DNA of 64,000 bases from Chloroflexota bacterium (GTDB lineage: Bacteria; Chloroflexota; UBA11872; VXOZ01), in the NCBI GenBank assembly GCA_963663275.1, contig OY760183.1, positions 3,392,001 through 3,456,000 of the forward strand, given 5' to 3'. Shown piece after piece: positions 49,241 to 59,991 of this stretch. How positions within the stretch are numbered: the first letter of the stretch is position 1; each line of letters opens with the position of its first letter. The notes under the pieces were generated by a model. That model was not told the origin of the DNA. It worked only from the letters and a program-made list of their open reading frames with translations, and made no database searches. The position numbers and the translations under genes are program-made.

Positions 49241-50409
49241 GGCTCGCCGAAGAAGCGGACGGCATTGTCCCACATGAACTTGCGCATCGTGTCGGGCCCG
49301 ATGCTCGGCCATCCCTGCACGATGGCGGGTGAGTTGGGGAACTGGCACTCTGCGTGCGGGTAGTCCGACGCGTACATCAGGATGTCGTCGCCGAGGAAGT
49401 CCATGACCATGCGGACCATGTCCTCCTCCTCCGTCATCTCGATGCTCGCGAAGAAGCGCCCGTCCGCGACGTACTTGCTCATCTTCTGCCGGAGGTCGGC
49501 AGTGAAACCGACGTAGGCGGCGTTCACGTCCATGCGCCGCACCCAGAACGGCAGCCAGCCGACGCCTGATTCGAGGACGCCGAAGTTGATGGGGTAGCGG
49601 TCCATGATCCCCGCACCGATGAACGCGGCCATCGTCTTCATCGCGCCCCACGGGTGGGAGCAGAGGCGCGCGAGGAAGCGGTTGTTGTCCATGTCCTTGT
49701 AGCCGGGGAAGTACGGCGGCGCCCACGTCATGCTGTGGTGCACGGCGCCGAGACCCCGGTTGGCAGCGGCGGCCCAGAGCGGGTCCATACGCGGATGGTC
49801 CATCGGCTCGCCGACGCCCGCGAACGGAAGGACGCCGGCGGCCCAGCGCTCCTTCCCCCAGCGGTCGACCTCCGCGACCGAGCCCTCGACGTCCGTGCCG
49901 GAGACGGCGAGGAGCGCCTTGAACCGGCCCGGATGCGCGGCGGCGAGGTCGTCCACCATACGGTGGTAGGCGCGTATCAGCCCCATCTCCAGCGCGGGGT
50001 CTCCGAGCAGCGAGACGCCGATGGCCACGTCCGGCACCATCATGTGCACGTCCGTGCCCTCCTCGTTCATATCGGCGATGCGCTGCTCGAACGCGTCGTC
50101 GATGACGCCCACGCCGGGGAGTTTCTCGCCGGTGTACTCGCCGAAGTGGAGGCGCGAGTGCGCGTCCTTCGGGGCCTCGCGCGGCTCGGCGTCGCCCAGG
50201 TGGCGCCGGTAGGGGCTGAGGCTCACCGCGTAGTGGTGACGCGCGGGGTCTTCGCGGGGCGTGGTCGTCTGATCGGAGCGGGCTCCGATCTTGTACTGCT
50301 CGAGTTCAGGCAGCCGCTCCCTGAACTCGCTGTCGAAGTAGGGCTCCAGCGCCTCCACCGACGGGTGGATGTGCGTGTCAGCGTCGAAGACTCTCTGTCC
50401 GTTCAGCAT
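49237..50409 (-). CDS. Amidohydrolase_2 family protein
   Basis: FDADTH, ESGVGW, YASDYPHAE. Confidence 0.92.
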   Translation of the reverse strand: MLNGQRVFDADTHIHPSVEALEPYFDSEFRERLPELEQYKIGARSDQTTTPREDPARHHYAVSLSPYRRHLGDAEPREAPKDAHSRLHFGEYTGEKLPGVGVIDDAFEQRIADMNEEGTDVHMMVPDVAIGVSLLGDPALEMGLIRAYHRMVDDLAAAHPGRFKALLAVSGTDVEGSVAEVDRWGKERWAAGVLPFAGVGEPMDHPRMDPLWAAAANRGLGAVHHSMTWAPPYFPGYKDMDNNRFLARLCSHPWGAMKTMAAFIGAGIMDRYPINFGVLESGVGWLPFWVRRMDVNAAYVGFTADLRQKMSKYVADGRFFASIEMTEEEDMVRMVMDFLGDDILMYASDYPHAECQFPNSPAIVQGWPSIGPDTMRKFMWDNAVRFFGEP

Positions 50410-50447
50410 TTGCGTCCTCCGTGAGAGAGGAGTATATCCCTCATCTT

Positions 50448-51026
50448 ATGACGGCGACGCCCCCAACGAGCAGTCCGGACACGGTGGAAGTGCGCGAGGT
50501 GGACGCCGCGCGCTGGCCCGATTTCGAGCGGCTGTTCGAGTCGCGCGGCGGGCCACGCTGGTGCTGGTGCCGGATGTGGCGCAGGGACGCCGAAGGGAGG
50601 ATGCCGCACGACCGCGTCCACATGAAGGAGGCGATGCGCAGCAGGATCATGAGCGGCGGGCGCGTCGGCCTGCTGGCGTACGTCGACGGCGAGCCCGTCG
50701 CGTGGTGCTCGGTCGCGCCCCGCGAGACGTTCGTGCGCGTCGGCGGCGTGGAGGAGCCGGGGGAGGACGAGAGCCGGGTGTGGTCGCTCACCTGCTTCTA
50801 CGTGCGGAACGCGTTCCGGCGTCGCGGGCTGACGGAGCGTCTCATCGAGGAGGCCGTGCGGCACGCCCGCGAGCAGGGGGCGTCGGTCATCGAGGCGTAC
50901 CCGGTCGCGCCGGACGCGCCGAGCTACCGCTTCTGCGGGTTCGTGCCGATCTTCGAGGCGCATGGGTTCTCGGAGGTGGGGCGCGCGGGGAAGCGGCGGC
51001 ACGTCATGCGGCGGTCGCTGGGGTAA
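50448..51026 (+). CDS. GNAT family N-acetyltransferase
   Basis: CWCRMWR, VAWCSVAPR, CFYVR..FRRRGL, IEAYP. Confidence 0.9.
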   Translation: MTATPPTSSPDTVEVREVDAARWPDFERLFESRGGPRWCWCRMWRRDAEGRMPHDRVHMKEAMRSRIMSGGRVGLLAYVDGEPVAWCSVAPRETFVRVGGVEEPGEDESRVWSLTCFYVRNAFRRRGLTERLIEEAVRHAREQGASVIEAYPVAPDAPSYRFCGFVPIFEAHGFSEVGRAGKRRHVMRRSLG

Positions 51027-51038
51027 CATCGGCGGGGC

Positions 51039-52802
51039 ATGGGTGGTTCGACGCGGCATCGGAGAGCGGGATGGGGCGGGCTGATCGCGGCGCTGGGGCT
51101 GCTGGCGGCAGCGCTCGTGGGCTGCCAGCAGCCTCCCACGCCCACGCCAACGCTCGTGCCCACGCCGACCTACACGCCGACGCCAACGTTCACCCCCACG
51201 CCGTCGCCGACTCCCACGCCCACAGCAACCCATACGCCCACACCCACCGCTACCCCAACGCATACGCCTACACCCACAGCAACCGCGACGCTTACGCCGA
51301 CGCCAACGCACACGCCGACGCCCATACCGACCGCTACGCCGACGCCTTGGCCCACACCGACGCCTTGGCCGGAGGAAACCAAGGTCTACATTCCAGGGAT
51401 AGACCCCTACGAGAAGATTAACCTGACTGCACTGATGACGGAGTACCCGCACATCGGATTTCTCAACAAGGGTCTGGGTGGGCGGGTAGCCTATTTCACC
51501 GGGTCCCTGCAGAGGCACGTCTGCTGGGGTGACACTGTAGTCGTGGGGCAGTCCTGCGTCGAAAGATACAAGGCCACTTGTATAGGCACAGGCGTCTATC
51601 TCCTGGAGGTCATCCCCGGCGAACCGGGTTGTGTTGGCGGGGACAATGCCAGATACAATTTGTTCTCCGTACGATTCGAAGACGAGTATTCACCCCCGGA
51701 AGACATCCCGTCCTCTTCCGACGTAATCGATCCTCCATTGATCGACGTAAGCTACTCGTCCGAATCGCTGGACGACGGCCAGGTTCTGCGCTACGAAGTG
51801 ATGTCCGGGTCTTCCGGCAATTCGGGGGCGTTCACGATACCCGATGGCGCGCGTTCGTTTCAGTTGGTGACGTACGGCTCGAGGCTTACGGCGCTGGTCG
51901 ACCCGAACGGCAAGGACTATGTCGAGGCGTTCGCCAACGACGCCGGTCCCGCGCCCGTCCGCATCCTGCGCAGTCACACCGTTGCCCTGACCCAAGCCAC
52001 GTCCGACGTGAACTACGGATATGCGGACGTGCTCGTTCCCGGTGAGTGGGCGTTCCGGGTGGAGGGGGATATCGACAGTCAGGCTCCGCTTGGCCTGCTC
52101 GTCGTCAAGACACGCAACGATTCGGACGACAGGTTGCGGCTGAAGGTCGTCAATGCGACGACCCATGCGAACCAGACCTTCACGCCGAGGCTGGACCGGC
52201 TGGTGGACCTCGCCGCGCACCTGGGCATCAACCTTGAGGTCAGCGGCATCGAGAAGATCCCGCACCGGAGCGACCCGCACGCTCCGCCGAGCGACTTCTG
52301 CGAACGCTTCTGCTCGTCCGACGAGGCCGTGGTGTACATCACCGAGCCGGGCGGCTGGTCGAGTCCGGGAGTGGGCATTGCTCTGAAGGTGGACTACAAC
52401 ACCCACTTCCTCGTGGGCGCCGAGGTCGCCACGAGCGACAACGATCACTACATCACCGCCGTGCTGCATGAGTTGCTGCACTACGCCGCAGGGCTCGGCC
52501 ACCTCTTCGAGACCCACAAGGATGGCAGCGTCGACGCTGACGATCTGCAGTCGACGGGCGTGCATAACGAGGTCGTTGCCCCTACGACGAAGATAGCCGG
52601 CGGGGTGAACCACGAGCGCCTGTGGGAGAGGGGCGAGTTGCTCTGGGACGACAACATCATGATCGGGTGGCGCATGACGCACGACGAGCCGGACGTGGAC
52701 GGCTTCGGGGAGACGGACGAGAACGGGCGCCGCCGTACCCTCGTGACGTTCCTGGAGCACCACCAGTTGGAGTGGCTGAAGAACAGCCCGTTCTACTGGT
52801 GA
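51039..52802 (+). CDS. Lipoprotein with Pro/Thr linker and C-terminal metzincin-like zinc peptidase
   Basis: ALVGC lipobox, (PT)n tract, [12 protein letters not shown] and a downstream NIM Met-turn. Confidence 0.75.
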   Translation: MGGSTRHRRAGWGGLIAALGLLAAALVGCQQPPTPTPTLVPTPTYTPTPTFTPTPSPTPTPTATHTPTPTATPTHTPTPTATATLTPTPTHTPTPIPTATPTPWPTPTPWPEETKVYIPGIDPYEKINLTALMTEYPHIGFLNKGLGGRVAYFTGSLQRHVCWGDTVVVGQSCVERYKATCIGTGVYLLEVIPGEPGCVGGDNARYNLFSVRFEDEYSPPEDIPSSSDVIDPPLIDVSYSSESLDDGQVLRYEVMSGSSGNSGAFTIPDGARSFQLVTYGSRLTALVDPNGKDYVEAFANDAGPAPVRILRSHTVALTQATSDVNYGYADVLVPGEWAFRVEGDIDSQAPLGLLVVKTRNDSDDRLRLKVVNATTHANQTFTPRLDRLVDLAAHLGINLEVSGIEKIPHRSDPHAPPSDFCERFCSSDEAVVYITEPGGWSSPGVGIALKVDYNTHFLVGAEVATSDNDHYITAVLHELLHYAAGLGHLFETHKDGSVDADDLQSTGVHNEVVAPTTKIAGGVNHERLWERGELLWDDNIMIGWRMTHDEPDVDGFGETDENGRRRTLVTFLEHHQLEWLKNSPFYW

Positions 52803-52812
52803 AGGGGCGACC

Positions 52813-53616
52813 TCAGAGGATCTGGTCGAGGAAGGTTCTGGTGCGCTCTTCCTGGGGGTTGTTGAAGATCTGGTCAGGCGTGCCGGTCTCGAGGAGCATG
52901 CCCTCGTCGAAGAGGGCCATGCGGTCGGCGACCTCCCTGGCGAAGCCCATCTCGTGCGTGACACAGACCATCGTCATGCCGGTGGCGGCGAGTTCACGCA
53001 TCACGTCCAGCACTTCCTTGATCATCTCCGGGTCGAGCGCGGACGTGGGCTCGTCGAAGAGCATGATCTCCGGGTGCATGGCAAGTGCACGGGCGATGGC
53101 GACGCGCTGCTGCTGCCCGCCGGAGAGCTCGGCGGGGTACTTGGCGGCCTGCTCGGGGATGCCGACGCGTTCGAGGAGTTGCATAGCGGCCTCTTCGGCC
53201 TCCCTGCGGGGGATGTGCCGCACGCGCATGGGCGCGAGAGTGATGTTGGAGAGGGCGGTCATGTGCGGGAAGAGGTTGAACTGCTGGAAGACCATGCCGA
53301 CCTCCCGCCGGATGGCATCGAGGTTGCGGATGTCGTTCGTCATCTCGATACCGTCGACGACGATGCGCCCACGCTGGTGCTCCTCGAGCCGGTTGATCGT
53401 GCGCAGGAACGTCGACTTGCCGGAGCCGGACGGCCCGAACACGACAACGACCTCCCCGCGCTTGATCCGCACGTTGACGTCCCTCAACACGCAGAAGTTG
53501 CCGAACCACTTGAACACGCCCTCGTGGACGATGATGTCGTCGCGCTGCTCGAGCGGCAGTTGAAGGATGTCGCTCTTGCTCATGCCGTCAGCGGCAGCGG
53601 GCTGGTCGTCCTGCAT
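52813..53616 (-). CDS. aapP: General L-amino acid ABC transporter ATP-binding protein
   Basis: [49 protein letters not shown]. Confidence 0.9.
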   Translation of the reverse strand: MQDDQPAAADGMSKSDILQLPLEQRDDIIVHEGVFKWFGNFCVLRDVNVRIKRGEVVVVFGPSGSGKSTFLRTINRLEEHQRGRIVVDGIEMTNDIRNLDAIRREVGMVFQQFNLFPHMTALSNITLAPMRVRHIPRREAEEAAMQLLERVGIPEQAAKYPAELSGGQQQRVAIARALAMHPEIMLFDEPTSALDPEMIKEVLDVMRELAATGMTMVCVTHEMGFAREVADRMALFDEGMLLETGTPDQIFNNPQEERTRTFLDQIL

Positions 53617-53633
53617 TGCGGTCTCCTTGGGCG

Positions 53634-54866
53634 CTACCGCCGACCGACCCCGAGGGTTCGTTCGATACGCCGGCTGACGTAGGCCATGCTGAATGTGAAT
53701 ACCCAGAACACCAGGGCGAGGAAGAGGTAGACCTCCATGCCGTTGTCGGAGTACTCGATCTTCCCGGAGAGCCCGGCCCGCCCGATCTCGACGAGGTCGA
53801 GCATCCCGATGATGAAGACGAGGCTGGTGTCCTTGAAGAGGGAGATGAACTGGCCGACGATGGCGGGAATGATGTTGCGGAGACCCTGAGGAAGGGTAAT
53901 GAAGAGGGTGGTCTGCCACTGCTTGAGCCCCAGCGCCTGGGCAGCCTGGGACTGCTGGGGGGAGACGGCGGCCATTCCCCCGCGCACGTTTTCGGCCATG
54001 TAGGCGGAACTGAAGATGGTGATGGTGATGCCGGAGAGGTAGAGCAGGCTCACGTCCATGTTCTCCGGGAAGGTGAGCGGGAGGATGTGGCGTGACATGA
54101 ACAGGAGCGTGATGAGCGGGACGCCGCGGATGGTCTCGATGAAGGCGACGCAGGCGAACTTGAGGACGGGAAGGCGGCTGCGCCGTCCGAGCGCCAGGGC
54201 GATGCCGATGGGCAGTGAGGCGATGATGCCAAACGCCGCGAGGAGGAGGTTCAGCATCAGGCCGCCGACTTCGGACTCGGTTACAGGGTGAAGACCGGGC
54301 GGAGAGCCGACGCCGGGCAGGCTGAACCCGGCTATCACGAGGAGGGAGGCAATGAGCACTCCGGCCCCGGCGATGCCGAACCACTTGGCGCGGCCTTGTC
54401 CGGGGATGAAGTGCGCGCAGTAATAGCCGCCGGCCATGGCGGCGGGAACGGCGAGCAGAAGGGCGCGGTAGAGAACGTCCATCTGGTAGGGGATGAGGGC
54501 TACAACAAAGACCAGCGCACCGAAGGCTGCAGCGAAGCCGCGCGCGGGCCCGCCCCAGGTGCGCCAGGCCATCCCCATCAGTCCGCTGACCAGAAGGAGC
54601 GCGATCTCCGGTCGCCAGTAATACTCCCGCGGATAGGTCCCGACGATATAGAGCGGGACGCGGTCGGTTATGACCGCCCAGTCGGAGGAGAAGACCAGCC
54701 AGCGGAGGCCTCCCAGCGCGGCGAAGAAGATCGCGACGCCAAGAACGATGGTTACGATGCCGCTGGGCCAGGAGCTGAAGAGGTTCATGCGGAGCCAACC
54801 CTGCCAGCCGACGGTGAATGCCGGGGGAGGCGGCGCGGGCCCGAAGCGTTCTGTGGTGGTGGTCAT
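53634..54866 (-). CDS. aapM: Amino acid ABC permease (AapM/BztC-like)
   Basis: [36 protein letters not shown]. Confidence 0.9.
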   Translation of the reverse strand: MTTTTERFGPAPPPPAFTVGWQGWLRMNLFSSWPSGIVTIVLGVAIFFAALGGLRWLVFSSDWAVITDRVPLYIVGTYPREYYWRPEIALLLVSGLMGMAWRTWGGPARGFAAAFGALVFVVALIPYQMDVLYRALLLAVPAAMAGGYYCAHFIPGQGRAKWFGIAGAGVLIASLLVIAGFSLPGVGSPPGLHPVTESEVGGLMLNLLLAAFGIIASLPIGIALALGRRSRLPVLKFACVAFIETIRGVPLITLLFMSRHILPLTFPENMDVSLLYLSGITITIFSSAYMAENVRGGMAAVSPQQSQAAQALGLKQWQTTLFITLPQGLRNIIPAIVGQFISLFKDTSLVFIIGMLDLVEIGRAGLSGKIEYSDNGMEVYLFLALVFWVFTFSMAYVSRRIERTLGVGRR

Positions 54867-54873
54867 CAGCGCG

Positions 54874-56046
54874 TCACAAGGCCTTGTAGCGGATAAGGCG
54901 GTTGTAGACGTTGCCTATCAGCGCATAGAACAGGCTGAGGCCCAGGTAGGAGACCATGACGATGCCGATGAGCGAGACGGCAGGCGCGGTCTGGGTGAGG
55001 GTGGTGGCGACGCTCACCATGTCGGGGTAGCCGATGGCCGCGGCAAGGCTCGAGTTCTTGGTCAGGTTCAAGTAGTGGCTGATGGTCGGAGGAATGATGA
55101 CCCGCAGCGCCTGAGGGAAGATGACGAACCTGAGGGATGCCGTTCCGTTCAGTCCGATGGAGCGCGCGGCTTCGGTCTGCCCCTTGCTGACGGACTGGAT
55201 GCCGGCGCGGACGATCTCAGCGATGAACGACGACGTGTAGACGACGAGGCCGATGAGGAGAGCGACGAAGCTGCCGCTTACTTGCGTTCCGCCGCTCAGC
55301 CGCCCGAAAGCGCCACGCTCCGGCGTTGTGACGTCGAGCGGGCCGCCGAATGCGAAGAACGCCGCTGTCCCTACTCCGAATGCGATAACCAGAAACGCCA
55401 GCAGCGAATGGCTTGCTCTACCGGACTCTGTCTCCCGGCGCTCCATGACCCGCGCCGCGTAGAAGGCGGCGCCCAGCCCCAGAGCGCAGACGAGAACCCA
55501 CGGCCAGAACGAGCCTTGGGGAGCAAGCCACGGCATGGCGAAACCGCTGTTGCTCAGGAAGAAGGCGTCGCCCAGGACGTAGGCCTCTCTGATGGGGGGA
55601 AGGGCGAGCACGATGAAGAACCAGAAAAGCAGTTGGACGAGAAGCGGGATGTTCCGGAAGACGTCGATATAGACGAGAGCGAGGCGGTTGACCAGCCAGT
55701 TCGGCGAAAGGCGGGCGACGCCGACGATGATGCCGACAATAGTGGCGAAGACCACGCCTGCGAAGGCGACCTTGACGGTGTTGAGGAACGCGACGAAGAG
55801 GGTGTAGCGGTAGGAGTCCTCCGGGGTGTAACTGATAAGCGTCTCGCCAATGGGGATGCCGGTGGAGCGGTCGAGGAAGGAGAACCCGAAGGGTATCTCG
55901 CGCTGGTCGATCTCACGGAGGAGGTTGGTGAAGAAGAAGGCGAGGAAGGAGAGGACGAGGACGGCGGAGACTATCTGCAGGGTGAACTGGAGGAAGACGA
56001 CGTTCCGCCAAAGGGGGATTCCCTGGTATTGCAGGAGCCGCATCAT
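54874..56046 (-). CDS. aapQ: Amino acid ABC permease (AapQ/BztB-like)
   Basis: GVARLSPNW, FRNIPLLVQ, AEIVRAGI, YLNLTKNSSLAAAIGYPD. Confidence 0.9.
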   Translation of the reverse strand: MMRLLQYQGIPLWRNVVFLQFTLQIVSAVLVLSFLAFFFTNLLREIDQREIPFGFSFLDRSTGIPIGETLISYTPEDSYRYTLFVAFLNTVKVAFAGVVFATIVGIIVGVARLSPNWLVNRLALVYIDVFRNIPLLVQLLFWFFIVLALPPIREAYVLGDAFFLSNSGFAMPWLAPQGSFWPWVLVCALGLGAAFYAARVMERRETESGRASHSLLAFLVIAFGVGTAAFFAFGGPLDVTTPERGAFGRLSGGTQVSGSFVALLIGLVVYTSSFIAEIVRAGIQSVSKGQTEAARSIGLNGTASLRFVIFPQALRVIIPPTISHYLNLTKNSSLAAAIGYPDMVSVATTLTQTAPAVSLIGIVMVSYLGLSLFYALIGNVYNRLIRYKAL

Positions 56047-56102
56047 GGCGCGAGCAGTTTACTCCATGCCCAATCTGCGCGGAACTGCGCCGGGCTGCAT
56101 GA

Positions 56103-56136
56103 GAACGCCCCCTCCCGCGAAAGGGAGGGGGCGTTC
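56103..56136 (-). terminator. Perfect 14-bp intercistronic hairpin after the binding-protein gene
   Basis: GAACGCCCCCTCCC-GCGAAA-GGGAGGGGGCGTTC; no U-tract, so likely a stabiliser or partial terminator. Confidence 0.65.
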
Positions 56137-56171
56137 CGCGCATGCGTGTGTACGCCGTGCCTGTCTGCGGG

Positions 56172-57326
56172 TTAGCGCAACGGCGGAGCGTAGATCTGGC
56201 CGCCGTCGAGCCAGAGGCGGTTGCGCCCGGTCCGTGGGAGGTTGATGGGGGTGTCCGGGCCGAGGTTGCGGTCGTAGATCTCGCCGTAGTTGCCGACGGC
56301 GCGGAGCACGTCCTGCATCACGGTCTGGCTGAGGCCGAGCGATTCCTGTCCGAAGCTCGTGTCCGGCGCTCCGAGGAGCCGTTGAGCCTTTGCGTTCTCG
56401 CCTGCGAGCACCTGGTCGATGTTGCCGCTGGTGATGCCGTAGGCTTCGGCGTAGATGAGGCCGGCCATGATGGTCTTGACCAGGTCGAACCACTGGGTGT
56501 CGCCGTGGGGGACGACGGGAGTGAGGGGCTCCTCGGAGATGGTCTCCGGGAGAATGACGTGGCCGCCGGGGTTGTCGAACGTGCTGCGGATGGCGGCCAA
56601 CTGCGAGCGGTCGTTGGTGAAGACGTCGCATGCGCCGGAGAGGTATGCCGCGCGGGCCGCGTCGTTCTCCTCGAAGACGTTCGGGTTGTAGTCGTAGTTG
56701 TTCTGGCGGAAGAAGTCGGACATGTTCAATTCGGTCGTTGTGCCGGCGATGACGCACACCGCCGCGCCGCTCAAGTCATGCGCGGAGTCAACGGGGGTCC
56801 CGTCCGCCGCCAGGAGGTCATCCGGGACCATGAAGCCCTGCCCGTCGTAGAACGTCGTGTAGGTGTAGTCGCCCCACTGCGCGTCGCGGGAGGTGGTCCA
56901 GGTTACGGTGCGGGCCATCATGTCGATTTCGGCGGCCTGCAGGGCCGGGCCGCGCTCGGCGGCGGTGAAGGGGCGGACCTCAATGGCTTCGCTATTGCCG
57001 AGGACGGCTGCGGCCACCGCGCGGCAGAGGTCGATGTCGAATCCGATGTTGCGTCCGGCGTCGTCGAGTGCGCCGTATCCGGCGACGTCGATGCGGCTGC
57101 CGCAGATGAGCACGCCGCGGTCGCGGACGCGCTGGAGGCGGTCGCCCACGGCAGCGGCAGCGGCAGCCTCAGCGTCGGCAAGCATCGTCTTGGTGTCGCC
57201 GAGTTCGCTCTCCAGTTCCGCGATGCGGGCGTTGGCGTCATCCAACTCCCCTGAGTCGCCACAGGCGACCACCGCGGTCAAAGCCACGGCAAGAACCGAT
57301 ATGACCAGTAGCATTCGCACTTTCAT
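56172..57326 (-). CDS. aapJ: Amino acid ABC substrate-binding lipoprotein (AapJ/BztA-like)
   Basis: VVAC lipobox, GFDIDLCRAVAAAV, TWTTSRD, FYDGQGF, GTTTE, VGNYGEI, YAPPLR. Confidence 0.92.
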   Translation of the reverse strand: MKVRMLLVISVLAVALTAVVACGDSGELDDANARIAELESELGDTKTMLADAEAAAAAAVGDRLQRVRDRGVLICGSRIDVAGYGALDDAGRNIGFDIDLCRAVAAAVLGNSEAIEVRPFTAAERGPALQAAEIDMMARTVTWTTSRDAQWGDYTYTTFYDGQGFMVPDDLLAADGTPVDSAHDLSGAAVCVIAGTTTELNMSDFFRQNNYDYNPNVFEENDAARAAYLSGACDVFTNDRSQLAAIRSTFDNPGGHVILPETISEEPLTPVVPHGDTQWFDLVKTIMAGLIYAEAYGITSGNIDQVLAGENAKAQRLLGAPDTSFGQESLGLSQTVMQDVLRAVGNYGEIYDRNLGPDTPINLPRTGRNRLWLDGGQIYAPPLR

Positions 57327-57501
57327 TCGATAACCCTCCCAGAGGTTCGTTTCGTTCCATCGCTGGAAGCCGCGCGGCGGATTGTGCCGCTGCGCTGGCG
57401 TATTATAGTGCACGCAATAGCCGCTTACCAGAGGCGCATCCATCCGATACCACGTATCGGGTTGTGCGTGGGCATGATTCAACCTGCACGAGGAGGCTTT
57501 C

Positions 57502-58068
57502 GTGAACATCGTCAGCCGCTACACCGTCGAAGAGTTCGGCCATGACGTCCGGCGGTCGCTCGATGCCAATGCAGCCGGCATGGAGGCGATCCTCCGGCTC
57601 GGGCATCTGTTGCAGCGCTTCGGCGGGGAGAACAGCCGTGACTACTTCTGGAGCATCGGTGAGCCTGCCACCATCAGCTCCGGCCTGCCCGGGCAGAAGC
57701 TGTACGACGACCCGGACGGCCTGTTCCGCCTGCTGCTCGCGCAGTACCCGCCGAACACGCCGACCGCCATCCACAGCCACGAGGGGTGGGTCGTCATCGG
57801 CCTGCTCGAAGGCAGCGAACGTTACACGTCCTGGCGCCGCGTCGACGACGGCTCCACGCCGCTGGCGACATTGGAGCTGGTGCAGGACCACCACATCCTG
57901 CCGGGGGAGTTCGGCTACCTGTACGACGGGCCGTTCAACGTGCACCGGCAGGCCGCGGAGGCCGGAGGCGCCGTGGAACTCGTGCTGATGAAGGGCCGCG
58001 GTCAGCGGCTGGAGCACATAGACGAAGCGACAGGTGAGTGCTCGCAGCCGATGGAGTTGAACCGCTAG
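57502..58068 (+). CDS. Cupin, cysteine dioxygenase-like
   Basis: TAIHSHEGWVVIGLLEGSE...NVH (3-His cupin pattern). Confidence 0.75.
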   Translation: MNIVSRYTVEEFGHDVRRSLDANAAGMEAILRLGHLLQRFGGENSRDYFWSIGEPATISSGLPGQKLYDDPDGLFRLLLAQYPPNTPTAIHSHEGWVVIGLLEGSERYTSWRRVDDGSTPLATLELVQDHHILPGEFGYLYDGPFNVHRQAAEAGGAVELVLMKGRGQRLEHIDEATGECSQPMELNR

Positions 58069-58075
58069 CGCCGCG

Positions 58076-59497
58076 TCAGGGCGAGCGTGCTTCCTCCGGG
58101 GTGGACTTTGGCAATACGTCCACGTTCAACCATCTGCCGGTGAAGTAGTAGCCTCCGTAGAGTGCGAAGCGGATGAGCATAGCGACAGCGATGGCGATAG
58201 CAACGCCGAGCGCTTCGGCGGGGGTCCACCGGGACAGTACGAACGCAAGCGGCACCTCCATCACCCACATGCTCATGAACGTCACGAGCATGGGCGCCAA
58301 CGTATCGCCCGCGATGTTGAACGATTGCTGGAACACCTGTCCGCCGCCGAGCAGGGTGCCGGCCACTGCCTGGATGCGCAACCAGACCACGGCTGTCTCG
58401 ACGAATTCCGGTTCGCTGCTGAACAGCCCGATGAAGAACGCAGGGAAGACGATGAGGAGGATGCCCGCGCTGCCGCGAATGGCCATGACGTAGGCCACGG
58501 CCCACTTGATGGTGCTCCGCGCACGGGCTGGTTGCTCCGCGCCGAGGTTCTGCGCAACCAGGATGCCGGACGCCCGCCCCATCCCCTGGCTGCCGATGTT
58601 CGTGAGCCGTTCCAGCCTGCGGGTGAGCGAGTACGCCGCCAGCGCGATGTCTCCGAATGGGGAGACGAGCCTGATGAGTACCATCTCGGAGAGTCCGCGC
58701 TCCATCTGCGTCGCTGTGGCGGGTGCTCCGATCTTGATGATGCGCCCCATCATCGGCAGGTCGATTCGGTAGTCGAGCAGCGAAAGCTTCAACCGCGAAG
58801 AACCGGAACTGAGCGCGTACAGGTTCCAGACGATGCCCACGACGTGTGCCATAGCGTTAGCCGCTGCTGCTCCGGCGATGCCCATGTCGGGCAGACCGAA
58901 CCAGCCGAAGATGAGGAACGGGCTGATGACGAGGTGCAGCACCCGTGACGCTATCGTGGACTTCATGTGGGTCAGCGTGTCGCCGGAGGCTTGCAGTGCT
59001 GCGCCCGTCGTCTGCCGGAAGCTGTGCACTCCGGCCGCGGCGAACTGGAACTGCAGGTAGAAGACCGCCATCTCGGCAACAGCTTCGCTCACGCCCACGA
59101 TGCGGAGCAGGAACGGGGCGAACACGATTCCAACGATGGCCAGCACGAGTGAGAGGAGGAAAGTGAGCGTGAATGCCTGGAGCATCGCGTGGTTGGCCAG
59201 GTCGAGCCGTCGTGCGCCCACTGCGCGTGCGATCATGGCCTGCATCCCCACGTCGAGCCCCATCCGCGCCATCATGATGAGCTGGCCGTACGCTTGGGCG
59301 ACGCCGATGCCGCCTATGGCGTTGAATCCGGCGACCTTCGCGGCCCAGAAGATGTCGGCCAGCTGGTCCGATGCATTGAAGACCCCGGCCACCATCTGCG
59401 GCCACGCGATGAACCAGAGGTTGCGCCGTACGCCGCCCTGCGTCAGGTCGCGCGTCGCGTACGCGGAGCGCATGCGTCCGTGCCGCGTGGGGCGCAT
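58076..59497 (-). CDS. MATE family efflux transporter
   Basis: DLTQG, ASGDT, FGWFGLPDMGIAGAAAA, AQNLGA; about 12 TM segments. Confidence 0.92.
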   Translation of the reverse strand: MRPTRHGRMRSAYATRDLTQGGVRRNLWFIAWPQMVAGVFNASDQLADIFWAAKVAGFNAIGGIGVAQAYGQLIMMARMGLDVGMQAMIARAVGARRLDLANHAMLQAFTLTFLLSLVLAIVGIVFAPFLLRIVGVSEAVAEMAVFYLQFQFAAAGVHSFRQTTGAALQASGDTLTHMKSTIASRVLHLVISPFLIFGWFGLPDMGIAGAAAANAMAHVVGIVWNLYALSSGSSRLKLSLLDYRIDLPMMGRIIKIGAPATATQMERGLSEMVLIRLVSPFGDIALAAYSLTRRLERLTNIGSQGMGRASGILVAQNLGAEQPARARSTIKWAVAYVMAIRGSAGILLIVFPAFFIGLFSSEPEFVETAVVWLRIQAVAGTLLGGGQVFQQSFNIAGDTLAPMLVTFMSMWVMEVPLAFVLSRWTPAEALGVAIAIAVAMLIRFALYGGYYFTGRWLNVDVLPKSTPEEARSP

Positions 59498-59499
59498 GT

Positions 59500-59907
59500 T
59501 CAAGCCGCCTGGGCTCGCAGGAGAAAGCCGGAGGCCGCCCCGACGAGCATGGAAACGACGGATGTCCAGAGGAAGATGATGCCGTTCACCCTGCGCGCGG
59601 TGTCTTCACCCCAGAATCCCCGCAGCGAGAGCGCCGTCTTGAGTGTGAGCCAGGCGATGCCCGCCAGCACAGCGTCTTCCGGTGAGAGGAAGACGACTCC
59701 TCCTATCAGCAGACGCTCGATGATGCCGTTCCCGATCCCCACCCAGAGGGGAGGGACCGTCCATGAGGTGGCGCTGTAGCCTCTCAATTCGCGTGTCGCC
59801 CATCTGCTGATGGGCCGGACGGTCAGAAACACGACCACTGCGGCAAGCTGAACAGCACCGAAGAGGAGCCCGGCTTCGCGGGTTATGTCAGAGAAGGATG
59901 GGTCCAT
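59500..59907 (-). CDS. Hypothetical membrane protein
   Basis: GIIERLL motif and several hydrophobic helices. Confidence 0.65.
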   Translation of the reverse strand: MDPSFSDITREAGLLFGAVQLAAVVVFLTVRPISRWATRELRGYSATSWTVPPLWVGIGNGIIERLLIGGVVFLSPEDAVLAGIAWLTLKTALSLRGFWGEDTARRVNGIIFLWTSVVSMLVGAASGFLLRAQAA

Positions 59908-59991
59908 AAGAACTCTCGCTCTGTATTACCGGAAAGTAGGAAGCCGCGCAAGCGCGCATCTCCACCAGCCAGGCGCTGGTGCTGGGGCCAC

